Assembly: GCA_038045945.1 (NCBI GenBank)
Contig: JBBSXC010000003.1
Coordinates: 1-64,000, forward strand
Direction: 5' to 3'
Length of the DNA stretch: 64,000 nucleotides
Origin: Nanobdellota archaeon
Lineage (GTDB): Archaea > Nanobdellota > Nanobdellia > Pacearchaeales > GW2011-AR1
Below, piece by piece: positions 48,242 to 56,944 of this stretch. The notes under the pieces are model-generated. The model ran no database searches. It saw only the letters and a list, made by a program, of their open reading frames with translations, and was not told the DNA's origin. The translations under genes were made by a program, and so were the position numbers. The stretch's first letter is position 1, and each line of letters opens with the position of its first letter.

Positions 48242-48589
48242 TTGTCCATGCCCCACACACCTTTACCATATGATGTATTCACTGATGATATGGTAATACT
48301 AGTTTTAGACAGAACTCATCCTAGATTTGGTCAATTAGCAAAAGTTGAAGCAAAAAGAGCACAAAACTACCTTGTAGGATTTGCTGATGGAGAATTAGAA
48401 TCAATACCTAGATTATCATCAGTAATGGAAGACTATTATAGGCAAAAAGACATGAGGAGCCAAAGACTTGACATAACTCATAATGCTGGTATTGAAAGCC
48501 TCAAAAAAAGGTTTTGGGAAGTAGCTAGAAAAGATGTAGGGAGACTAGAAGAAGAATACCATGAATTATTCAGAGAACACTTAGAATAA
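48242..48589 (+). CDS. hypothetical protein (tandem paralog 2)
   Basis: FADGE, YY, G...L, EY.ELF.E. Confidence 0.7.
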   Translation: MSMPHTPLPYDVFTDDMVILVLDRTHPRFGQLAKVEAKRAQNYLVGFADGELESIPRLSSVMEDYYRQKDMRSQRLDITHNAGIESLKKRFWEVARKDVGRLEEEYHELFREHLE

Positions 48590-48640
48590 AAAATAATGAT
48601 TATATTAAAGAGTAATAATGTTTAAATTATCATTATTTTA

Positions 48641-48988
48641 TTGTTTACTAAGAAAAAAATGGTTGGTGCTGTAAGTCTTAATGAACTTGTAGCTTTGATT
48701 ACTACTAATTTTAACCAAAGCACTGGTAGAGCAGAATTTGTTGCCATGGCTAAAGTTACTGGTAAATGCGATGAAGGAATAGAACTCTTATTAGCTGATG
48801 GAACACCAGCAATTGCTGATTATGATGATCCAGAAGTAAAATTGTTCTATAGAAGTGTATCCACTGAAAAAAACGGTTATAACGGTGTTTTTCAACTTTT
48901 ACAAAAATATCGTGACGCAGCAAGAGTGCCAACAGAATACATTTGCAGAGAATACGAAATTCTTTTCGGTGAAGAATTCCCAATATAA
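48641..48988 (+). CDS. hypothetical protein (tandem paralog 3)
   Basis: LADG, FY, G...L, EY..LF.E. Confidence 0.7.
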   Translation: MFTKKKMVGAVSLNELVALITTNFNQSTGRAEFVAMAKVTGKCDEGIELLLADGTPAIADYDDPEVKLFYRSVSTEKNGYNGVFQLLQKYRDAARVPTEYICREYEILFGEEFPI

Positions 48989-49056
48989 AAAAAGGATTTG
49001 TTAACACTATTATTTTTACACAAACCTTTAAATACGTTTTTTTCTTCACAAAAACA

Positions 49057-50298
49057 ATGAATAAGAGGGATAATACTTTAACAATTTTAGGACTATCAAT
49101 AATAATGATAATGCTAATAAGTCTTACCCTAGTTAGTGCTAAATCAGAAAACTCTGGAGGAGAATCAGGAAATTCTCCTAACTCTGGAAGTTCATCAAAC
49201 TCCGCAAATTCTGGAAGTTCAGCAAATTCAGGTAAATCGGAATCAAGTAACTCAAACAACAATAAAGGAAAATCATTATCTATTAGTTCGAATGAAGAAG
49301 TATCAATTAACAAAGATAAAGATGATGATAGTGATGACGTTGATGACGATAACGATAGTGATGATGCTGGCGACGATAACGATAGTGATGATGATGGCGA
49401 TGATAGTGATGTTAAGAAAGAATCAAAAAAGTCGTTTGAGTTCGAATCAGAATTAGAAATTGAGGAAGAATCGGGTAAATTCAAAATCAAACTATCCAGC
49501 GGTAAACAAAAAGATTTGGATGTCGAACCAGAATTAGCAAAATCAATAGCTTTTGACAAATTCAAAGGTGACAGATTTAACATCACAATAAACGAATCAA
49601 ACGGATCAGTAACTTATGAAGCTGTAGCTTTCAAAAACGGAAAATTTTTGTGGTTATTCAACAAAGAGGTCGTAATTAAAGCATCTATTGATTCTGTAAG
49701 CGGAAACGTAACAATCAAGAAACCCTGGTGGGCATTATTTGTATCAGGGGAAGACGATGACCAATCAAACTCCTCAAAAATAGTTATTTGCCACGTTCCT
49801 GGAGGAAACCCTAACAACGGACAAACAATAACTATTGGTAGCCCAGCACTTAAAGCCCACTTAAAACACGGAGACGTGTTAGGAGAATGCAACAATAACG
49901 CCACAAACCAAACCAACCAAACAAACAGCACACAACCAGTTAACCAAACCAATAACACGCAACCTGGTAACATTACTAACCAGACTAACCAATCTAACCA
50001 ATCATCACTAGCTATAGCCCTTATCTCTCCTCAAAACTTAAGCGTTCACAACTCATCAATAATACCTCTTGAATTCTCAATAACTAACACAAGCCTTGCT
50101 GAATGCTTCTTCAACTTAGACCTTAACAACCAAACAACAATCATTAATTGCGAGAACACTTCAATAAACTCCGCTATTGGTAACCACTCTATTTACCTAA
50201 CTATAAAAGAGGGAAACAACTCAGCTATTTCCAACACTCACCAATTCTCAATAATAACAAACACTAGCAGCGAGAATAATTCTTCACAACAAAATTAG
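49057..50298 (+). CDS. secreted/surface protein with Ser-Gly and Asp-rich low-complexity tracts, a CH..H..HGD..G.C motif and NQT glycosylation repeats
   Basis: Signal peptide; KIVICHVPGGNP...AHLKHGDVLGEC; many N-x-S/T sequons. Confidence 0.8.
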   Translation: MNKRDNTLTILGLSIIMIMLISLTLVSAKSENSGGESGNSPNSGSSSNSANSGSSANSGKSESSNSNNNKGKSLSISSNEEVSINKDKDDDSDDVDDDNDSDDAGDDNDSDDDGDDSDVKKESKKSFEFESELEIEEESGKFKIKLSSGKQKDLDVEPELAKSIAFDKFKGDRFNITINESNGSVTYEAVAFKNGKFLWLFNKEVVIKASIDSVSGNVTIKKPWWALFVSGEDDDQSNSSKIVICHVPGGNPNNGQTITIGSPALKAHLKHGDVLGECNNNATNQTNQTNSTQPVNQTNNTQPGNITNQTNQSNQSSLAIALISPQNLSVHNSSIIPLEFSITNTSLAECFFNLDLNNQTTIINCENTSINSAIGNHSIYLTIKEGNNSAISNTHQFSIITNTSSENNSSQQN

Positions 50299-50342
50299 TA
50301 TCAGAAAGCTTTTTAATACCTTAAAATTAACTAGTAACATCT

Positions 50343-50414
50343 GCCTCAATAGTATATCGGTTAGTACACTTGCCTGTCGCGCAGGAGAGCCGGGTTCGAT
50401 TCCCGGTTGGGGCG
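50343..50414 (+). tRNA. tRNA-Asp(GTC)
   Basis: GCCTCAA/TTGGGGC acceptor, CTTGC-CTGTCGC-GCAGG anticodon arm, CCGGGTTCGATTCCCGG T-arm. Confidence 0.95.
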
Positions 50415-50476
50415 TGATATATTTTTGTGCTTTTACGGAGCCTCCTAAAAAAAGGTTAAGTAAATGCACAAAATAA

Positions 50477-50727
50477 TTCTTGTTATTTTTTAGGGGTCGT
50501 ATACAAAAAGTAGCAGTCGCTTAAATTAAGCGAATGTTTTAATAAAATATGAAAATCAACATTTACAAAGATCAAGAGAGCTAAGAGAGATAAACATACC
50601 TAAGCTTTTTATTTTTTAGACCTATACACTCTAGTCCGACAAGATTTATAAATCAATAGAAGCACAGACTGTCAACGATAAAAAACGCTTTCATAAAAAA
50701 AAGCGTGACCCTAAAAAATAACAAGAA
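50477..50727. repeat. 251-bp non-coding element with 19-bp terminal inverted repeats
   Basis: TTCTTGTTATTTTTTAGGG (50477-50495) and CCCTAAAAAATAACAAGAA (50709-50727). Confidence 0.8.
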
Positions 50728-50867
50728 CGTATCATCGCCGGTTGGGGCGTAATACCTTCTAGGCATATTTGGTGGGCATTGTACCTGTTTTAACATTGTC
50801 TCGAGCAGAGCGTTGATGATTTAAATAGACCTCTATAAAAAAGAATAGAGGTTAGTCATTGTAAATT

Positions 50868-51842
50868 TTATTCTTTGAAAGGATACTGATTATACTTAAC
50901 ATAATGGTCGAATAATACAATACTTTCAACATCTAAAATAATGTCAGAAAATGATGTTCTCATTTCAGTTATCATGCTTTGCAATTCTTTTTGGTTTTTC
51001 ACCTCGTATATAATCTCGAAGTTCCAACTACCTACACTCTCTATATAGAATATAACATTTTTATGATTAATACAATAATCAAATAAAGCTTGTTTTCTTT
51101 CTTGTGTTAAATTTTGGGTTTTTAGAAAAAGTTGGTAGCTCTGGTAACCAAACTCTTGACAATGTATTTGGGCACTGTACCCTTGTATTATCTCACGTTT
51201 TTCTAATTGCTTAAGCCTCAAACGTACAGTGGATACAGGCTCATTAATTGCTTCAGATATTTTAAGAGAAGATATTCTTGAATCTTTTGTAAGTAAACGA
51301 ATAATGTCTTTATCCAATTCATCAATCTTAGCATCATCAAAATGTTTGCCAAATCTTGGGGCTATAGTCTTTAAACTTTTTGTATTAAGTAGATACTCTC
51401 TTGGAAACTGGACAAGCTCTACTCTTATGGCTACATTTAAATCTTTTAGATATTTATTATATTTTGTTGATATTTTGGTTAATACTTCGTTAAACTCTAC
51501 TATATTTTTAGACATTATTGCAAAAGCTAAGTCGAATCTACCACCAAAGCTAGCAATCCAATAAATGTGATTATCCTTTTTTAGACCTTCAATAATTATC
51601 TTTTTTCTTTTATCATTAACATTTTGAAATCTAGCATAAACTGCATAGCCCGTATAACCCATTTTACTAAAATCTAATAATGCGTTAAAACCTGTTATAA
51701 TTTTTCTTTCTTCAAGACGTTTTAACCTATAATGAGTTCTTTCTTGACTTACACCTATTCTTTTTCCTAATTCTGAAGTTCCTAACCTAGCATTAAGGTC
51801 TATTTCATATAAAAGCTTTTTATCTTTGGCATCAAGTTCCAT
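50868..51842 (-). CDS. tandem Lrp/AsnC family transcriptional regulator
   Basis: Two LD..D..(L/I)..L..(N/D).R HTH plus RAM-like units. Confidence 0.9.
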   Translation of the reverse strand: MELDAKDKKLLYEIDLNARLGTSELGKRIGVSQERTHYRLKRLEERKIITGFNALLDFSKMGYTGYAVYARFQNVNDKRKKIIIEGLKKDNHIYWIASFGGRFDLAFAIMSKNIVEFNEVLTKISTKYNKYLKDLNVAIRVELVQFPREYLLNTKSLKTIAPRFGKHFDDAKIDELDKDIIRLLTKDSRISSLKISEAINEPVSTVRLRLKQLEKREIIQGYSAQIHCQEFGYQSYQLFLKTQNLTQERKQALFDYCINHKNVIFYIESVGSWNFEIIYEVKNQKELQSMITEMRTSFSDIILDVESIVLFDHYVKYNQYPFKE

Positions 51843-51959
51843 ATTTTATATATTGTTATATTACTATTTAAATATTGGGTTTTTATAAAAATATTGCTAA
51901 GATATTTTATATATTATTAATTCGTTATCACTGCATAGTAAATAACATGGATAATAAAA

Positions 51960-52349
51960 ATGGAAACCAAAGAAAGAACTCTTAGACTTGGAAACAGATT
52001 AAACGACAAACTTAATGGTAATTGGGTTAGACCAAAAAAAGTGTATTATGGTAATGCCTTGACTCAATTAGGAAAATTTTTAATTAGTGAATCTGATGCT
52101 TTTAAATTCCCTGATTCTAGACCCTATTTGGAGAGGTTAGGAATTAAAGTTCTTGGAGAAATAAGAAACGAGCCAGAATATGAATGCGAAATACCTTCAA
52201 ATCTTAGGTTAGACCAACAAAATAATGAAAGTTGTTCTGACATGACTACTTTTAATATTTATGATGCTTCTGGCAGGAAAGTAGTAAGCTATTGGGTTAA
52301 AATTGGGAGAGAATACGATCTTTCTGTAGATCTTAGAGGATTACAATGA
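51960..52349 (+). CDS. hypothetical protein
   Basis: ATGA overlap with the next gene. Confidence 0.65.
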   Translation: METKERTLRLGNRLNDKLNGNWVRPKKVYYGNALTQLGKFLISESDAFKFPDSRPYLERLGIKVLGEIRNEPEYECEIPSNLRLDQQNNESCSDMTTFNIYDASGRKVVSYWVKIGREYDLSVDLRGLQ

Positions 52350-53458
52350 AACCCAAAAGAGAAATAGTTGAGGAAAATCTCTTAGAGCAGTTTAGAGAAA
52401 TAAGACCTCATATACCCTCTAGAGACCATCAGGCTATTAGCCACTATAAAGATGGTACTTTTGGGTTGAGTAGTTTAGGCTTCGCATTATATTCCAATGG
52501 TCACAGTTTGAGGGGTCAAAGTAAAACTCGCCCTTATGGGCTAATTTTTGAAAGCGAAGACACTATGTTCTCTATAGGTTATTATAGAAAGGAACAAGAC
52601 TCAGCGGAATCAGATGGGCATGTGTTTATTGTAGCCCCAAGAGGTGATAAAGTAATAGAAGAAGTCAAAAGGTTGACAAAAAGCGTTTTAAATTCTAGTC
52701 TTCCTTGTAGGGGAGTTTATGCTAGGTTCTTAACAGTAGATCAGTATAAACAATTATTATCTGACGGGTTTTTACCTGCAAAAGAAGCTCCTTGGCATGA
52801 AGATTCCCCCGAGGAAGACGAAACTTTAACAAGTTCTCTTGTTAGATTAGAAGATATAGTTGACTCGCAGAGTCAAATTAGAGTATTACCTTATGGAAGT
52901 AGAAACTCTAGAAAAAAGTCTAGGATGACTTATCAGAGGTTTAGAAATTTCCTAGATAAAAACTGTTTAGAATATGACCTCAGAGACTTTTCTGCAGAAA
53001 ATTCAGAAGTGGCAAAAAGAATAATTCAAGATCATTTTGACACTTTAAGAGAAGAAGGAAACCAAATAGGATCAATTCCAGAAGATCATTTTAACTCATG
53101 CGACTCAGAAATAATCAAACTGCCATCAGTCATAACACAAATAGGTTATTTAGGAAACTTACCTGTGTCTTATTTTTCAGGAGAGATTGTATCAGATTCT
53201 AGGTTAGCACTTTATACTCCTTTCACATTACGTTCACCCGAATTAGTTTTACCTAAAATCGGGAAAGATGTAAAAGCTAAAGAGGGTTTTAGCGCAATAT
53301 CTATGTTTGCTTACTTAGAACTTTTAAGAAAATTGAAAGATAAGGGAATAAAGGAAGTATTATTTGGAGGCTCGGAACATAGGGATTTGAACAGAATAAA
53401 AAGGCAATTTGGGTGCAGAAATGATCCTTCTTACTGGGCAGTTAAGTTGAAGACTTAA
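52346..53458 (+). CDS. DUF2156/Fem-like tandem GNAT protein (putative)
   Basis: C-terminal L...G...V.FGGSE...L.R.K..F; G..R.K.R..Y.RF motif. Confidence 0.5.
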   Translation: MKPKREIVEENLLEQFREIRPHIPSRDHQAISHYKDGTFGLSSLGFALYSNGHSLRGQSKTRPYGLIFESEDTMFSIGYYRKEQDSAESDGHVFIVAPRGDKVIEEVKRLTKSVLNSSLPCRGVYARFLTVDQYKQLLSDGFLPAKEAPWHEDSPEEDETLTSSLVRLEDIVDSQSQIRVLPYGSRNSRKKSRMTYQRFRNFLDKNCLEYDLRDFSAENSEVAKRIIQDHFDTLREEGNQIGSIPEDHFNSCDSEIIKLPSVITQIGYLGNLPVSYFSGEIVSDSRLALYTPFTLRSPELVLPKIGKDVKAKEGFSAISMFAYLELLRKLKDKGIKEVLFGGSEHRDLNRIKRQFGCRNDPSYWAVKLKT

Positions 53459-53507
53459 ATATTTTGGTCCTAAAAGTCTCGGTATCGACCGAAGTAAAAA
53501 ATAGTTT

Positions 53508-53834
53508 TTAGTATCCAAATCTTCTTTCGTAGTTTTTGTGGTCCATCCATTCTAGGAGTACTGATAATACGCTGACTTTATTGTTTTTTACTGTGTAGAT
53601 GAGCCTCCATGCGTCTGGAAGGTTATACTTCCATAGGTTTGTTATGTTTCCGTACCTTTTTGTGTATTCTTTAGGAATAAGATTTTTGGGTATTTGTATT
53701 CCACAAAAAGCGTCATCTTGAAGATTCTTAAAAGCCTTAGTTAGTTGTTCTTGAAGATTATTCTCTTTAATTCCTTCCAGTTTATCAAATTGTTCCTTAA
53801 GTTTCTCATCACCAAAGATTACTTCTGATTTCAT
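53508..53834 (-). CDS. RelE-like toxin
   Basis: G.QIPK.LIPK.Y...NLWKY.LP.AWRLIYT...WM.HK.YE. Confidence 0.75.
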   Translation of the reverse strand: MKSEVIFGDEKLKEQFDKLEGIKENNLQEQLTKAFKNLQDDAFCGIQIPKNLIPKEYTKRYGNITNLWKYNLPDAWRLIYTVKNNKVSVLSVLLEWMDHKNYERRFGY

Positions 53835-53838
53835 TGTT

Positions 53839-54111
53839 TTATCCTTTCCAAATTAAGTGTTTCTTCTTTAAGTAAGTCTTAACAGATTCAGGATCCCAAA
53901 TCCAAGCTATTTTTCCTTCCTTATCAACAGCGATTCTACCAGCATAAAGTAAGTAGTCAATGATTACAGAAAATGTTTGATACATCATCTTCTTAGGTAA
54001 CTTCTCCCATAATTGTTTCTTAGTATAAGTTCCACTAGTATCATAAATAATCTTTTCCACCATTAATACACTATCTAGTCTTGGATAATGGATTATTTCC
54101 TTAATTTCCAT
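53839..54111 (-). CDS. putative wHTH antitoxin
   Basis: HYPRLDSVLMVE...LW..LPKKMMYQTF; directly upstream of the toxin. Confidence 0.65.
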   Translation of the reverse strand: MEIKEIIHYPRLDSVLMVEKIIYDTSGTYTKKQLWEKLPKKMMYQTFSVIIDYLLYAGRIAVDKEGKIAWIWDPESVKTYLKKKHLIWKG

Positions 54112-54154
54112 AGTTGTATAGACTTATATAACTATATAAATCTTACGATTTGGC

Positions 54155-55099
54155 TTATAATGTCCCTTTTAAAATGCTACAAATATGACCTGCTTGCTTA
54201 CCACTCTTCTGCCATCTTTTGAAAGCTTCACTCGCGCTGATTCTAAATTGTTTTAATGCTTCTTTTAATTCTGGAGTTGCAAGTCTTTTACCTCTAAGAT
54301 TTTTTTGCCAATAAAGCCATGCTTTCTCATGATCATAAAAATCAAACTCTACGCCTGCTTCTTTCTCATGTTTAGCATAACCCTCTAATGTGTCTTCAGG
54401 CTCACTTTGAATCTTATAAATGCTTACTAGTTCCTCAACATTATAACCATTATCAGTAAAGAGTTCTAACACGTGATTGTAAGGGACACGAATACCTATA
54501 GCGTCAACAACGACACCCTTTTCAGTTACAACATTTTTAGCTTGTTTTAGAAACAAGTATTGATGAGTCAAATACCATCTTTGAAAAACTGTAGGTACAT
54601 CAAGATATTCTCGAGCAAGAAATTGTGAAGCACTAACCTTCTTATCTAAGGGTTTTTGAGATGTTGGGATATTAGGAATGTTAGCATATACCAAATCAAC
54701 CTTTATTTTCTTCTTTATTAGAGGTTCACATAAATCGCCAAGAAATGTTTCAACTATTGCCTTAGAACCAACCCATTGCTGGGCATTTTCCTGAGCAATT
54801 TTAGGCACATTAGGATGAATATCTATTTGGTAAATTCTCTTAGGATGAAATATTTCAAAAACTCCAATAGAATCAACACCTGCACCTGTACCAATAGTAG
54901 CAAAGCTCTCTGGTTTAAAATTAGATTTTTTTAATTCATTAAAACCTAGAAAAGCTGGGTACAACCAACTATCCTCTGGGTTTTTTGGATCAAAATCATA
55001 AGCGTTTTCATTCATAACAACTAATCCTTTCTTCTCAATTCCCACAGAATCAAAAAGCGGTTTTATATCCAAAGTCCACGTTTTCATAATAAAGGTCAA
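54155..55099 (-). CDS. class I SAM methyltransferase, MmtN/methionine S-methyltransferase-like
   Basis: IGTGAG, IDIHP, YANIPNI, G.R....ELF..NGY..E.L, RISA.EA, H.C.I. Confidence 0.75.
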   Translation of the reverse strand: MTFIMKTWTLDIKPLFDSVGIEKKGLVVMNENAYDFDPKNPEDSWLYPAFLGFNELKKSNFKPESFATIGTGAGVDSIGVFEIFHPKRIYQIDIHPNVPKIAQENAQQWVGSKAIVETFLGDLCEPLIKKKIKVDLVYANIPNIPTSQKPLDKKVSASQFLAREYLDVPTVFQRWYLTHQYLFLKQAKNVVTEKGVVVDAIGIRVPYNHVLELFTDNGYNVEELVSIYKIQSEPEDTLEGYAKHEKEAGVEFDFYDHEKAWLYWQKNLRGKRLATPELKEALKQFRISASEAFKRWQKSGKQAGHICSILKGTL

Positions 55100-55172
55100 T
55101 TAATTAAGTTTAAATTTCTTTTCCTGTGCCCCTAAAATATGCCATAAAGGTCTTGATGTCGGTTGGGGCGTT

Positions 55173-56324
55173 TTATTTGTAGTATCTTCTAGAGCTGGCA
55201 GGCATAGTGGCCGGGCAAGAGCCATTAGCACTGTAATAAACATCAATAGTCATGTTATCAATGACTTTGAAAAATATGAAACCATTAGCACTGTTAGAAT
55301 TAAAATTATCAAGAATTTGGAAACAATGCTGAACAGTAACTTCATCAGGAAGTTTATAAGAAGGATTATTAGAAGAAAAATAATTAACAGGGCTCTTAGA
55401 ACCAAGATTACCAATAGCAACACGTTCTTCATCACCAACAATAGAAATAGGGCTACCATAATCACCATCAGAATAATAATCATAAATAGAGCCCTTAACT
55501 TCTTTATCCAAGAACCACATGCCAGAAATAGAGCCGGGCACGTCCCTAGAAGCAAAACCACAACTCTTAACCTTGAACAAAGTACCGCCACCGCCACCAA
55601 ACAATTCATAATAAGCAACCTTTTTTTCACCAGAATAAAAATCGTAAGGGCAAACACCAGAACGAAGATTATAAGAAAAGCCAGCATCATACCTAGCCTG
55701 GTTTAAAAACTTGTTAGAAATCTTCCTATCTCTAACAATGAAATCAAAACCAGCAACACCACCATCCTGCGGGATATAATAAGCGATAAGGTCACCAGCC
55801 TTAAATTTAACAGGCCTAATATTAATCTCCCTACTATCATCCCTCAATTCGTATATCTGCTCAGAAATTTGCGGAACAACATCCTTAAGGTGGCCGAAAA
55901 CCAGTTCAACATCACAACCAAGCTCAAACTTAAGAACATAATCAGGAATGTAACCCTCAGAAGCACCAGGCATTTTGTAACGAGAACCACTAACAAGAAT
56001 CATATCAGTAGGGGCGTAAATAGGAATCTTCTGGTTTTTGAATTCTTCCTTAATACTAACATAAGAACGCTCAACAATAGATTTACCAAAACCATGAACA
56101 ACACCAATCTGACCAACCTTTTGAACATAAACAGGATCAATAAAGTATTCTGAAAACATAATATCACAATCATCAGCCAGGGATTGACCAAAAAAACTAT
56201 CATTTACTGACCTGTTACCATAACCTTCAGGATTAGTATCTGAAGGAGGATTATGATTAAGAATAAAAATGATTACTACAAAAACAAAAATAATTATTGG
56301 AACAAAAATCAAACCCTTTTTCAC
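55173..56324 (-). CDS. membrane-anchored secreted protein with an M23-like barrel-sandwich region
   Basis: N-terminal TM; IPIYAP.D, FGHL, V.FKAGDLI; canonical M23 zinc ligands not evident. Confidence 0.6.
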   Translation of the reverse strand: MKKGLIFVPIIIFVFVVIIFILNHNPPSDTNPEGYGNRSVNDSFFGQSLADDCDIMFSEYFIDPVYVQKVGQIGVVHGFGKSIVERSYVSIKEEFKNQKIPIYAPTDMILVSGSRYKMPGASEGYIPDYVLKFELGCDVELVFGHLKDVVPQISEQIYELRDDSREINIRPVKFKAGDLIAYYIPQDGGVAGFDFIVRDRKISNKFLNQARYDAGFSYNLRSGVCPYDFYSGEKKVAYYELFGGGGGTLFKVKSCGFASRDVPGSISGMWFLDKEVKGSIYDYYSDGDYGSPISIVGDEERVAIGNLGSKSPVNYFSSNNPSYKLPDEVTVQHCFQILDNFNSNSANGFIFFKVIDNMTIDVYYSANGSCPATMPASSRRYYK

Positions 56325-56428
56325 AAAATAATCAATGATTCAATAATATAAAAAGTCTTCTGGTAGGTGTTTTAATCATGAAAAGAATGCTCTGTTCATA
56401 ATAAAAGACACTGAAGGTTGTGGCGTTC

Positions 56429-56839
56429 TTACTCTTCATCATATATCAGTTCTTCTTTGAACACTTTGCTTTCAGGATCATCAGCTTCTAATAAGAACTC
56501 ATCATCTTCAGGATTATCGTTATTAGCGCTTGATTCATCAAAATCATAATTTTCCTCTTTAGGAATAATCCACCTCATACTCAAATCCTCATTCTTACCA
56601 GTAATTCTATCAACAAAAGAATTATCATAAGAATAAAATGATTCGCCACTGTCAGACTTATCTTCAAAAAGAACACTATCAGAAACAAGCTTAGACAAAA
56701 AAGAAGAAAAATCATCACCAAAAAAATCAAAAACGTTATTAGTTTCAAAAAACCTCTTAATATCACCAAAAGAAAAAGATTCTTTATCAGAATTAGAAAA
56801 ATAAAAAGCTAAAGCGTCACAAAAATCATCATAATCCAT
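56429..56839 (-). CDS. acidic hypothetical protein
   Basis: 136-aa D/E-rich ORF. Confidence 0.65.
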   Translation of the reverse strand: MDYDDFCDALAFYFSNSDKESFSFGDIKRFFETNNVFDFFGDDFSSFLSKLVSDSVLFEDKSDSGESFYSYDNSFVDRITGKNEDLSMRWIIPKEENYDFDESSANNDNPEDDEFLLEADDPESKVFKEELIYDEE

Positions 56840-56944
56840 AAAAATAACAAAAAAACAGTAAATAAAAACTTAACTGTTAACAAAATAATGAAGAAAAATA
56901 TGGTCCCTAAATAATTTTAAACTAACAATAACGAATCAAGAATC

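Larger units (their letters stand above)
50403..56426 (+). mobile_element. tRNA-Asp-anchored tandem island delimited by copies of the tRNA 3' end
   Basis: CCGGTTGGGGCGT at 50403-50415 and 50738-50750, CGGTTGGGGCGT at 55160-55171, GGTTGTGGCGT at 56416-56426. Confidence 0.7.

Noticed and set aside
49160-49410. Tandem repeats (TCTGGAAGTTCA; GATAGTGATGA) resembling an array
   Set aside because: In-frame Ser/Gly and Asp low-complexity coding repeats with no unique spacers; not CRISPR
50284-50469. 61-aa ORF on the - strand
   Set aside because: Antisense to tRNA-Asp
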